Origin: Microthyrium microscopicum
Taxonomy: Eukaryota
DNA length: 64,000 bases
Reading direction: 5' to 3'
NCBI GenBank assembly: GCA_010405405.1
Contig: MU004235.1
Span: forward strand, 1,254,538 to 1,318,537
Part shown: piece after piece, positions 51,240 through 63,190 of the stretch
How the letters are laid out: each line of letters begins with the position of its first letter
Position numbering within the stretch: the stretch's first letter is position 1
Position numbers and translations under genes: made by a program
The notes under the pieces: model-generated
What the model was told of the DNA's origin: nothing
Database searches by the model: none
Seen by the model: the letters and a program-made list of their open reading frames with translations, nothing else

Positions 51240-51773
51240 TTTGTTCTCAGTTTCAAGTTTATAAAATGTAAATATATAGCTTGTTTATTAGTAGCACGAG
51301 AATTGATGGTTTTATGGTCTCCTATGGCGAAATGTATTCCGATGTTGGTCAACCTCACCCGTGTCTCATCCTCCTCACTATGTCACTGCACCCGGGACCT
51401 ACCAAGACTCCAGAAAATATTCAAATTCGACAGGGAACTAGTCGATCCTGGCCACATGTGATCTGAAGCCTTCCTGCTGATTTCTGTAAAGTTTTTGAGG
51501 AGGCAGCTTTGATAGGTGCATGTGGGATTAGCGCGGCTATTGACACCCGGCTTCTAGACAATCTCAAGGTTCGGATGCTTTGCAGTCTACAAAGCAACTC
51601 GGAAATGGACCTTGGCCGAGCCTAGTCCAGACCGAGAAGCTACTGTCCTTTAATGATGGTAATCGATCGGCTTATACCGGTAAAACACCATTTACATGAC
51701 CTGAAATACATACAACCACAGCCTCACCTGAATCACAGCAGCTTCAACTGACAAACAATTGACCAAATTCATA

Positions 51774-52930
51774 ATGGCAGGACCTATTCGACAACCGATT
51801 GATCTCAAGAAGCTAGAGAAATATCTCAACAAAAACGTTCCTGAAATCAAAACTCCCTTGGACATCAAGCAGGTATGCCGGTAGGCTCAAGTACTGCGCT
51901 GGAGCTAACAGGTTAACAGTTTGGATTTGGACAATCCAATCCCACCTACCTACTCACTGCCACCGATGGAAAGAAATACGTTCTACGTAAGAAGCCACCA
52001 GGAAAATTGATCTCCCAAACCGCACATAAAGTCGATCGCGAATATCGCATAATACACGCCTTGAGGAATACAGATGTTCCGGTTCCTAAGGCATACTGCC
52101 TTTGCATGGACGATTCGATAGTGGGATCTGCATTCTACGTTATGGAATTTTTGGACGGCAGGATATTTGAAGAGCCACAGATAGACAATGTCTCGCCAGA
52201 AGAAAGGAATGCACTTTGGCGTGCCGCCATCGACACGCTCGCCAAATTACATTCAGTCAACCCCAAGAGTGTAGGCCTAGAGAAGTTCGGCAAGCCTACT
52301 GGCTTCTACGATCGACAAATAGCAACCTTCACCACCTTGGGTAACAATCAAGGAGCAGTAAAGGATGTCGAGTCCGGAGAACTGGTTGGCCCGATTCCTC
52401 ACATGCAAGACTTTGTTACCTTCTTCAAAAACAAGAAAAGCCAGCCCAAGGATCGCACATCGTTAGTCCATGGAGATTTCAAGATCGATAATCTTGTCTT
52501 TCACAAAACGGAACCCAGAGTGATTGGCATCCTTGACTGGGAGATAGCGACTATTGGCCATCCGCTCTCCGATCTTTCCTGTCTGCTAGAACCATACACA
52601 ATCTCTGCCAGAACCAAGGAGCAGCGGCGAAACTCTCGCAAAGCTTTTACACCACCACATCTACTAGCAGGTCTACCAACGAGAGAAGAATGTATCGAGC
52701 TATATGCTGCGTCAGCTGGTTGGGACCCACGCAAGGATATCCCTTGGGGAACGGCTTTTGCGATGTTCCGTAATTGCATCATTTTCCAGGGTATTGCAGC
52801 ACGATATGCCACAAGACAGGCCAGCAGTGCCCAAGCTAAAGAGGTTGGACAGGAAGTCTATCCCGTGGCTGAAATATGCAGAGGATTGGTTGAGGAGGCT
52901 CGGGGTCAAGTTGGAAGCGCATTATTATAG
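51774..52930 (+). CDS. Aminoglycoside-phosphotransferase-fold kinase, ACAD10/11 N-terminal (LvaA)-type, 2 exons
   Basis: [62 protein letters not shown]. Confidence 0.92.
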
Positions 52931-53280
52931 ATTATGTCAAAAGTAATCCAACCAAATTTCAAACCTCTGTGTTGCTGTAAGTTCATTGCAAAGCCTAGCA
53001 TACTAGGGGCTACTTTTTTTGCATTGAGACTGACGAGAATTCATTCTCCTATCCAAGTTCTTTGAAGTGCGATAGTGCTCGGTCACAGCAAAGGTTTACT
53101 TTGGTTGCAACAAGATACTTTCACAAGTGAGAGTTCGCAGCAGCAATAGTGTCACAAGTATCAGTTATCATTTCGTGAAAACAAGGTAAGGTAACGACTG
53201 TTTGAATTCTTTCATGAAACACAACGGAATACTTAGAAACATGGTCGGATTTGATCATAACGAGATCCATCAACGTCAAT

Positions 53281-53619
53281 TTATTTTTGGAAAGGTGTAG
53301 TGCTGTATACGGTGTATGACACGGTATCAAGTACTGCAGCTGCGGTCAGGCTGTTTGAGACTGTGAATTCGGCCTTCTTATGTTGATGAAGCCCGAGCCA
53401 AGAGTTGCCAATAGCATCGGCTTTAGTTCAGGAACAAGCTTAGCAGTGAATGTGAAGGTTTGTGATGTTCCAGCAATATTGTTCGTATCGTATGGTGTGA
53501 CTGTAATGGTACAGTTTGTTCCAACGGTAGCGATATTCTCCAGACTATTCACCGCACAACCATAGTAGAAGGAAAGAAGATCGAAGTGATGAACAGTACT
53601 ACTTGTGTACTCGACAGTC
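53281..53619 (-). pseudogene. Frameshifted 3' remnant of a beta-rich fungal (probably secreted) protein gene
   Basis: HFDLLSFYYGCAVN...CTITVTPYD...GSGFINI, then a frameshift near 53378 to KAEFTVSN...AVLDTVSYTVY; no intact 5' part seen. Confidence 0.5.
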
Positions 53620-54489
53620 TAATACATCCTATAAAATCTAATGTATTAGTACTAGTACGCTTTAATAATTCGGATACTCTCTGGTGAGAGGCTTATTAAC
53701 GAAGAAGCTAAGAATAAATAGCAAGTCGAACGCCCTTAGACATAATTCCGTGCTTACAAAGTTTGCCACCTAGAAATGGTCATTTAAAGAGCAAAGGAGA
53801 ATTCATTTAATAAAGATTCTAATGAAAGTGATAGTGCCTGTAACCCTGACCGTTAAGCCTGAACCAGGAAGGTGGCTATTAACACTAGAGCGAGGAGGCT
53901 GTTTGACAATGCCTCCTTCGGCAAGCTGTCGCATTATCTGCGATGCGCTTTCGACAATCCTTTGCGATGTGATCTGTCCTACCGCAGTGAACGAGGGTTT
54001 CCACCACTCCCCATGTGACATGACCTGCTTGATTGCCGTGACTAGAGACATGATTGTAGTACTCAAGTCCCGCATCAGCTTGAGACAATCGATGGTGAGA
54101 TGATCGCAGATAGGTATAGCCAACGGCCATTCGCGGTCTTACCGCCTTGCTCAGCTTGTTCTTTTTAAGGAGTCGCGGTCTACAAAGAGTTCGATATGAG
54201 CCGGATTTGGAGAAGCCACCTACATTTTGGTTGAGACCCGAGGATCAATGGTTGGTGCCCTGAGGTTTTGGCTTGTGGAATCGATATTGATGATGAGAGT
54301 GTCGACAGCGAGGATTTGCTGGTGAACGTGGTGTTGGAGTCTAGCGTATGGATCCGTCGTCCTGTGAGCACTGAGGGGATGACTGGAGGCTCAGATTGAG
54401 AATGGCCACCAAGTCCGCAATAGAAAAAGGCGCGCGGTGGAGTAGCCTTCGAAGGTGGACTCATTCTAAGGAGCAAACTTCCTATGCGC

Positions 54490-56570
54490 AGGAAGCGCCC
54501 AAGATACCTAAAGAAAGATATCGGACTATTATACATATGCTCTGTTTAAGGTTCTGAACAAGATTTAAGACGTCCGTAGTGGAAATAAAGCGTCTGGTAC
54601 TTGTAAAGTAGCATTCAAAGATGCTTGTAGGCTCATGTTAGGGTGCGAACTTCCTACACTTACTCTGGAAGCGCTCAAGACACCTGAAGAAAGATATCGG
54701 ACTATTATACATATGCTCTATTGAAGGTTCTAAACAAGATTTCAGACATCCGTAATAGAAATATAGAGTCCGGTATTGGTAAAGTAGAACTCAAAGGTAG
54801 GCTCATTTTACTAGAAGCGCCCCAAACACTTGAAGAAAGATATCGGACTAGTACATATATGCTTTATCCAACGTTATGAACGAGATTTACGACGTCCGTA
54901 GTGGAAATAAAGTGTCCGGTAACCGTATAGTGGCATTTGAAGGTGGGCTCAATCTAGAGAGCTTCCTATACGCTGGGAGCGCCCTAAATACCTACAGAAA
55001 TATATCGGACTATTATATATATGATCTAGCTAACGGTGTAAGCGGATTTAAGAAGTCCGCAATGAAAACAAAGCGTCCGGTAATTGTACAGTAGCATTTG
55101 AAGGTGAGCTCAATCCATGAATTTTCAGCGAAGTTTCCATACGCAGGGAGCGCCACAAATAACCAAAACAAGGTATCGGACTAACGTTTTCATATTTGAT
55201 CTAACAGTATGAACAAATGTCGAGACGTCCGGCAAAAACAGTGATATTATAGAGCTTTTCCCTGGTAGTTGGGTTGGTGTCCTACTCTCCTGGTTTAAGC
55301 AGGAGAGACATTTCTTCGTAGTCGCCAGGAAATGTTCCCAGAGTCTTGCAAAATTTATCGGACTCTCGGATATATAACTGACTTGGTATTCCTTACTAAG
55401 TGAAGTCGGTCCGAAATAAAGAAAGATCTTATAGAGATTTGTAGAAGGTCGAGTACCTCGTTAATTGCCAGTGGCTTTTGATGGAAGATGCTGCATGCAT
55501 TTTCTCTGGCTGGTAAAACTGGCTCCCAATCCAGATGCTGCTTGATCGCCAAATGATTCTCCAATCGGACTTTCAAAATATATACAACTTTGCAATCCTT
55601 ATCGGAAAAACTTAGTCCGATAGAAAGAAAGACCTTGTGGCGATTCGTGGGAGGTCGAGTACTTGCACTTTCACTCTTACAGCGCGCCGTATCTTGTTGG
55701 CTGCAATTGGCTGGTACGCTGGCTCCCAATCCAGATGCTGCTTGATCGCCAAAGGATTTTCCAATCGGACTTTCAAAATATATACAACTTTGCAATCCTT
55801 ATCAGAAAATCTTAGTCCGATAGAAAGAAAGACCTTGTGGCGATTCATGGGAGGTCGAGTACTTACACTTTCACTCTTACAGCGCGCCGTATCTTGTTGG
55901 CTGCAATTGGCTGGTACGCTGGCTCCCAATTCAGTTATTGCTTGATCGCCAAATAGTTTTTCTATCGGACTTTCAAAATGTGTATAGCTTGGCAATCTGT
56001 ACTAGATAGAAATAATCCGATAGAAGGAAAGACCTTGTGGCGATTCAAGGGAGGTCGAGTACCTTGTTGGCTGGCTCCATTTTGGTGGGAGGTGCATTTT
56101 CCTTCGTTGGTACTGTAACGCTTAATTGGTCAATAGTTTTCTATCGGACTTTCAAAATATGTATAGCTTGGGAATCCTTACAGGGTAGAATTGGTCCGAT
56201 AGAAATAAACATGAATGTGGCGGATTTCAGTCAAGTTCTTCGTTGGTTGGCTTTTGGGGAGATGCATTTTTAGCTGGACACGCCGGAGTTCAAAATGTTG
56301 CGGACATTTGACTGCCAAGGACTTTTTTCAATCGGACTGCGAAATATCTACGCAGTTTTACATTGCCTACATAATGCATTTAGTCCGAAATAAATCAAGC
56401 TCGTAGATGGGTGTGGTTCCGCAATTCCATACAGTTTTGTACTCTACATTGGCGTGTTTGGAAAAAATCGCCCACTATTTCTCCTTAACTCTAGAGATAT
56501 TTTCCGGACCGCCGGAGATGCATCCAATTCTACGTTCGTTACGAGATGCTCTAGGTCCGACTCGTCCGAA
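54490..56570. repeat. Array of 12 diverged units, each containing CGGAC-N44/45-(G/A)TCCG; period 146-207 bp
   Basis: CGGAC starts at 54522, 54698, 54844, 55006, 55177, 55359, 55566, 55766, 55966, 56145, 56333 and 56505; includes near-identical 200-bp duplications at about 55520-55980. Confidence 0.9.
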
Positions 56571-56654
56571 ACAAAAGAAAGCATGCTGCGTTGTTGTAGT
56601 GGCGTTGAAAGATTAGCTATTTCATATTTCTCCTCTTTCGACTACGAAATCAAA

Positions 56655-58960
56655 CTACAACTTCGCTTCAACTCCAAGCCCAGTAAGTATCTCCTCTACC
56701 GCCTGATTTATAACTACTCCAGTCTTCTGTACCTGTGCAATGTTAGCGAGTAATCAAGGTGGAAAATGATCAAGATTACCAGTGGTTGCTGCATCATCAA
56801 ATAGTGCGTCCCTTCTACTACTATAGTCTGCACCGTAGATCCGAGCAGCTTCTCCCATCCATTGGGTCCAAAAGAGCTCTTTTCAGCAGCTCCCCAGCCT
56901 GCGCCAGGCATTCCACCATCTTTGAAGCGTTGCGGCATTGATCCACCCTTTTTCATGCATGCGAGTAACTCTTTTGCAGCCGTAGTGTTAATGCTTTGCA
57001 TCTCAAAGTTGGTGTAGCGTGCTAGAATAAGAAAGGTCTTGAACGGAACAATTTCTTGATGCCATGCCTTGCCACGGTATTTGCACAACATGTTGTGGCT
57101 CATGACAATATTCTGCCTACTTTTCAATGGGACATCTATGCCTCTCACCTGATTGCTCGCTGTCACCAGCTCCAAGTTCACCTGCTCCGCACCGAACATG
57201 ATTGATGGACTTGCTGAGTCGATTATGATGAGACCGATTACTTTTCTCCCAGCCAAAGAAAGAAGTCTTGAGACTTCATAAGCCATGGTGCCACCAAGTG
57301 ACCATCCACCAAGCAGGTAAGGGCCGTGAGGACGAATCCGAATAATCTCTTCCAAAATCATTGGCGCAACCTCTTCAATGGTGTGGTCATCGGAGGGATT
57401 GTCTACAAATGGAGACGGTAGAGCATACACCGGAATATGAGAGTGGAACTGCGGTAGCTGCACGTATGAAGTGGCGGATCCTTCTCCGTCGGCAAGAAGG
57501 AAAAAAGCTGGTTGCTGGGATTCTGAGGTTCCCTGCAGAAGGAAGGAATACACCTTGGGCTCCAACCGCCCAGGCTGTTCGGGTGAAACTGTAGAACGCA
57601 TAGGCTGGACTACCGACGGAAACATCTTCTCCAACTTCTCTTTCATAGCGGTCAAGGTTGGATATTCACGAAAGCACGTTGTAGGAAGTTCAGTACCTGT
57701 TTGCTCTTTGAGCACTCGTAAAATAACTACGGCTTGCATCGAGCTTAGCCCAAGTTCCTCGAAAGTTTTGTCTGGAACTCCGGCTTTGAAGAGATCTTGG
57801 ACCTTTATCTGAATTTGTCTGGAGAGTGTATCGACAAAGACTTTGAATGGATCCCCTGTGGCAGCGTCGACTTTGGAAGCTCGATTGCGATCTTGTGGTG
57901 CCTCTATGTCTTGAGACATTTCAAGTTCCATATCAAGTTCAATCCCCATTTTCATGAGCATGGCAGCACATTGAAAGAATGTGGTTCTCGAGTCCTGTAC
58001 ATCGTCGATGGTGTGCAAAATGTATTTCTGATCCACTTCCAAAGTTGCTCTCACAAAGCTGCAACATGCTGATCCGGGACCCAGTTCAAGCCACACAGCC
58101 TCCTCCTCCGGCTTTGCCCAACTTCTGGTAGCTTTAAGTGCTTCGGAGAATTGCACAGGCACTCTTTCCACGGAAGCAGTATACTCGTAAGTAATAATTT
58201 CCGCTTCGGTCACTACTTTGCCCAAGACTGTTGAGGCGATAGGAATCCTTGGTCGATTGAAAGTCAGAAGTTTTGCAGTTTTTCGAATTTCTTCCATTGC
58301 TGGCTCCAGCTGCCGGGTGTGGTAAGCATATTGCATTGGCAATTCGACGGTTTCAATGCGATTTGCCATTAGAGCTGCTCGTAATCGACGAATCTTTCCG
58401 GTTGGTCCGCCCACAACAATGCTCTTTTCGGAGTTGTAACAACAGACGTCGCAGAAGTCCCATTTGTGTCCTACGACCCGAATGACCGTGTCCACAGTTG
58501 CTCGTATGGCGAGCATAGCCTCGTCGTATGGTTCGCACCTACGTTCGATTATTTGACTTTGTCTACCGACAAAGAAGAACGTGTCGGTCAAGGATAAGAC
58601 GCCAGAGACACACAGAGCTGCAATGGAGCCTATGCTGTGTCCGATTACCATATCAGGTACCAATCCACGTCTTTCCAATTCCATAGCAAGAGCAACCTCC
58701 ATGGCAACAGTTCCGATTTTGACGACGATGTCATCAGGAGGTAACGAATCAGCCCCTATAAGCCATTTAATGAATGAAGGCAATCTCAACGACGTCACAA
58801 TCGTTTCCATCTCATCCAGAGATGCTCGAAAGGAAGTCGAGACTTGATACAGTTCTTTGGCCATCCCAGCATGATGAGAACCGAGGCCAGAAAACATGAA
58901 AACGACTCTGCTACCTTTGGCTGCAGCAAAAAGTGTCTTGCCAACTACAGGTGAAGACAT
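56655..58960 (-). CDS. KS-less PKS-derived tridomain acyltransferase-ACP-thioesterase; predicted C-terminus -AKL
   Basis: AT: FSGLGS, GHSIG, YAYHT, WLELGP; ACP: FEELGLSS; TE: LADGEGSATSY, GGWSLGG, GTHYLMM. Intron 56733-56779 (GTAATC..GCTAAC..CAG) gives ...LGVEAKL*. Confidence 0.85.
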
Positions 58961-59977
58961 TATCCAAAATTGAAGGGTTGATCAGCCAAGCTATTACTCT
59001 GCGTATCAGAAAGGACAAATCTTGAAACACAGTCTGATATCGTTCTTTGCTTTAAGAAAATTGTTACTGTTTCTCGTTAGTGAAGAGGATTCAAGCCAAG
59101 TTCAATGACATGATACCAAAAGGTTCGAGCTGCTAACATATAACTGGGCCAACAAACTGCGTTAGAGATGATGACGAGAGTGAAACCGGTCTACCATTAT
59201 TATTGTATGTACTGCTATTTTCGGGCACTCTCAAATATGTGGGCTTCCCCGAGGAGCTTTCACATTTACAACTCTCGCCTAGGTCAAGTTTGACCCTGTT
59301 GCATTCGCAGATCTTTTCTGCAAGGTGACACCATCTGATAGATGTGATGTGCTGGCCAACTGATAGACAAAATAAATCGCGTAACCCCATCGACTTCGAT
59401 AGCTCCTACACAACACGCTCTAGTATTAAGTACCTAGGTAATTTATTTATGATATATGGCGTCTAGATTAAGTATTTTATCGAGTGCGATAGAAATTATA
59501 ACACCTCTTCTTTAAAAGCGTTCGTAGGAGCCAGCGAAGTTGATGGATGAACGCCAGTTATTTTGTCATGCGGTTGCTGGCGAACAAACTGCAAAGGTCG
59601 TACAGAAATGATAAGCTTCACGGAGTGGAATCGGGCACTGAGATCTGCAAGCGCCTGCATATGCGTCTGCATTAGTACTCAAGTCCAGCTGTATCGGGTT
59701 TTCACTTGCGCAAAGTGATAATTTCTTTGTTCTCTGCATCGAGATACATAATATTTCCTGATTTACAGCCTTGGAATGATTGATCAACACTCAGCACTCG
59801 GACCATCCGCCTACCGTAGGCTATGCCTGGGCATGGGTTGGGTTGGGTATGGTATGGGTTTCGTAAGTTATTTTCAAAAGGGCCGTCGCACGCTATAGAG
59901 TAGTACTCAAGAAACTCAGATCTTTCCAAGGTTGACCCCGTGGTCGCGCTCATTGACTTAATCAATTCATTGATATC

Positions 59978-61651
59978 ATGATATCTCTTGTCGATCCAGG
60001 CGATGTCTTCTACTTCCTGCTTTGCAGTTTTGGGGTCTTTTTCACAATTAAGCAAGCGTTTGTTCAGATTCGCAGGCGTAAAATAAGGAAACGTCTTGGC
60101 CTTTTCAAAGCAAAGTCTTTACCTCTGCTCGACCCTTTTTTTGGAACAGATCTCAGCGTTACTATCTTCAACCAGATCAGGAGGTCTGAGTTGCTCGAGG
60201 GACTTGATAAAAGATTTCTTCGTTTCGGAAACACGCATTCTTTCCAGCTGGGTCTAACATCGATTGTTGCAACATGCGATCCCGACAATATCAAAACAAT
60301 TACAATGAACGCTATTGATTTCCCTGTTGGCGATGTCCGAAGAAAGGGGTTATCAATTTTACATGGTCAAGGTATATTCGCTGTCGAAGGATCCGACTGG
60401 CACCGATCACGCAGTGCTCTTCGTCCCAGTTTTACCAAAGGAAAACACGATGATGTTGCTGTTCTCGAAACTCACTTCCAAGATATGTTAAATCAGATTG
60501 CTCTAAGCAATTATTCCGTTGACATGCAAGATGTATACCACCGATTCACAATGAACACAGCAACCCAGTATTTCTTTGGTACATCACCTCGTGAAAGTGG
60601 TCAAGGGCGGCAGATTGAAAGGTTGCTAGAAAGCATTGACTATGTGAACCAGACGGTTTACTTGGCCCTTGTCTTTGGCAGTCATTCGCCTATATCACTT
60701 TGGAGATGGTGGCAAACTAAAAAGAAGATGAGGGTGATTCACGCTTTTGTTGATCAGCACGTCAAACGGGTATTGAGCCCAGACTTTAAATCTTACGAAG
60801 TCAACAACCGTCGTTACATCTTCCTAGACGAGCTTTCCAAAAGTGAATCGGGCAAAGACCCTATTTTTCTTCGAGACCAGGTTTTAACCAGTATGCTTGG
60901 TGGAAAAGATACCACGTAAGATCAGCCACTCTTTCTGGATTTATTTTTGACGTAGTTCCTAGGGCATCTCTTTTGACCCACGTTACCTTTGAACTAGCTA
61001 GAAATCCGATCATTTGGGCTAAGCTTCGAGTCGAAATCGGAAAGCTAGACTTGGAGTTGGTTGATATGAAAACGATCAGAAACCTCAAATACGTGCGATT
61101 CTGTCTATTAGAAGGTAAGTGATATAAACGTGGAGTGTTTCATGAGCTAAATCCTACTTGAAGCTTTGCGTTTGTACACCGTTGTGCCTATAAACATGAG
61201 AAGTGCAAGTGCGGACACGATGTTACCAGTTGGTGGAGGAGTAGATGGCAACAACCCAATTCAGATACCTAAGAATACAATACTCTGGCTGGGTATGTTC
61301 TCGATGCATCGTCGAAAAGACATATGGGGAGATGATGCAGATCAATTCAACCCGGATCGATGGGAGAATCTAGATCCAGGACCGGCATTCGTTCCTTTCG
61401 GGTCAGGACCTCGAACATGTCTTGGTCGTAAGTACAGCATTACTCTTGAAGAATTAATTACTCACATTTACTCAGAGCAATTCGCTTTTAATGAAGCCTC
61501 ATTTGCTCTTACAAGATTAGTGCAGACATTTCATGAACTTGAGCCCCTTTCCGATGCACCTTGGAAGGAGAAGGTTGCGATTACTCTTGGTTCAGGCAAC
61601 GGGTGTAAGATCAGGTTACATAGGTACACAAGTTCGGAGTTTGAACAATGA
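59978..61651 (+). CDS. Cytochrome P450, CYP52-like (alkane/fatty-acid omega-hydroxylase clan), 4 exons
   Basis: TCDPDNIK, GIFAVEGSDWHRSRSALRPSF, LRDQVL..GKDTT, DTMLPVGGG, FNPDRW, FGSGPRTCLG. Confidence 0.88.
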
Positions 61652-61804
61652 TTTGAATGTTGATTTTTAACAGATGGGATGTCGCTCAGATTGGAGTAGA
61701 CCCTATATAAATTAAAGAATGTATTCTGCTTAAAGTGCGCACAAGGAATGACGATATGGAAATTTTCTACATAGTAAATTAACAATTAGTTCCTATAGAG
61801 TCAT

Positions 61805-63190
61805 TCAAATCCAAGAAACTCTTTGTGGAAAAGGTGGCATAGTTAAGAACATGGAAACCAAATATTGAGGATAGCCGCGCCGACCAAAATACCATTCGAT
61901 CTGATGCCGGACTCCGATTTTTCTTTTCTCAATGTCTTCGATGTCCTTACAAGTTTCAAGAAAGAGCGGGAAGTGAGCTTGATCGTCGACGCTCATCGAG
62001 TTCCAAGCGTCGATAGTTTTGGTGTCTTCAAAGACATAAGATGTTCCACCGGCAATTTTGAAAATGCGAGCTATTGGATGTAGATCCGTCGAATTCCAGT
62101 CTATACTCTTCCACTTCAGCACTGGTGTCCATGGTAGAGCGCGCATTTTCATTGCCTTCTCCCAAATGTCACCAAATGATCGAACCGCCCTCTGTCCTGC
62201 TACGGCATGGATACACCCGCGAGTACGCAGTGCAGTGTGCACAAGGATCCGATTCACAACCACATCGACGGGAACTTCGTCAATTTTGCTCTGAGCTGCA
62301 GGATCATCAAAAGGTGATGCCCAGGTCATGCTCATTGACGTGCAAAGCACGCAGGCAGCAAGCATACCAGTTGCTGGCGCTGATCCTCGGATCTCATAGT
62401 AGGGATAAGGCTCTCTAAGGGCAGGCCCAATAATAGAGGGCCTCACAATCAACAGCTGATCCACGTTGGCCGAGAAGTATTCAGTAAGTATTCTCTCTGT
62501 AAGGTTTTTGGCGTATGAGTAAGGGTACGGGAAATTCGCTTTTTCAAAAGCAGTTGTGGAACCGGTTGCCAATAGTTCTTCGAGTTCCTGCTCTGGCTCA
62601 ACAGGAGAAAGGGGATATATCTTCTCACTTATTGTAGTTTCAACATACTCGTTGACCATATGCAGGTGCGCGTTTGAATAGGCCGTTGAGATGTAAACGA
62701 ATCGATCAACTCTCGGAGAGGCGATAGCCAGCTTTGCTAATTGAAGAGTTGGATATATGACGCTTTTTGCTATCTTCGGCAATGGATGAATGAGATTGAT
62801 AGACGATGCTGTATGGATAATGATGGAGCATTCCGATAAGGCTTGAAGAGCGTCCTGATTGAGACCTAAGCTTTGCTGGGTAAGGTCTCCATTTACAGCG
62901 TAGATGCGCCTACTATTGCGCAATCGTTCCCACGTTTGCAATGGCAAAGCTGATTGAAGCTGGCTCCACAGCCGTCTGCTTTCAAATTAGCACGTTCAAG
63001 ATCTGCTGTACAAGGAGAATTTCCCGTAGACTTACTGCTCCCCCCCTCGAACCAATGCAACGACCTTTTCACATGGCGTTGACATGACTAACTTGCAAAG
63101 CAGAGCGCATCCAACAAACCCTGTTGCCCCAGTCAGAAACACGTTACGACCCCGATAGTAAGAAGTGTTGAGCTGTGCCATGTGCTCCAT
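61805..63190 (-). CDS. Fatty acyl-CoA reductase (male sterility 2 / NAD_binding_4 family), 2 exons
   Basis: FLTGATGFVG, IIHTASSI, YISTAY, YSYAK, IVRPSII, VPVDVVVN; intron about 62976-63035. Confidence 0.85.

Noticed and set aside
52919..52930. PTS1 on the kinase (-ALL)
   Set aside because: Lacks the basic residue at position -2; not a canonical signal
55355..55995. ORFs of 146, 127 and 102 aa within the array
   Set aside because: By-products of 200-bp duplications; the frame is not preserved between units and no protein motif is evident
54490..56570. CRISPR-like repeat/spacer array
   Set aside because: Eukaryotic context, no cas genes, conserved parts are only 5-8 bp and the intervening sequences are homologous to each other rather than unique spacers
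59702..60055. 117-aa minus-strand ORF between AT-ACP-TE and the P450 as a possible KS remnant
   Set aside because: Overlaps the P450 start and shows no KS motifs (DTACSS, HGTGT)
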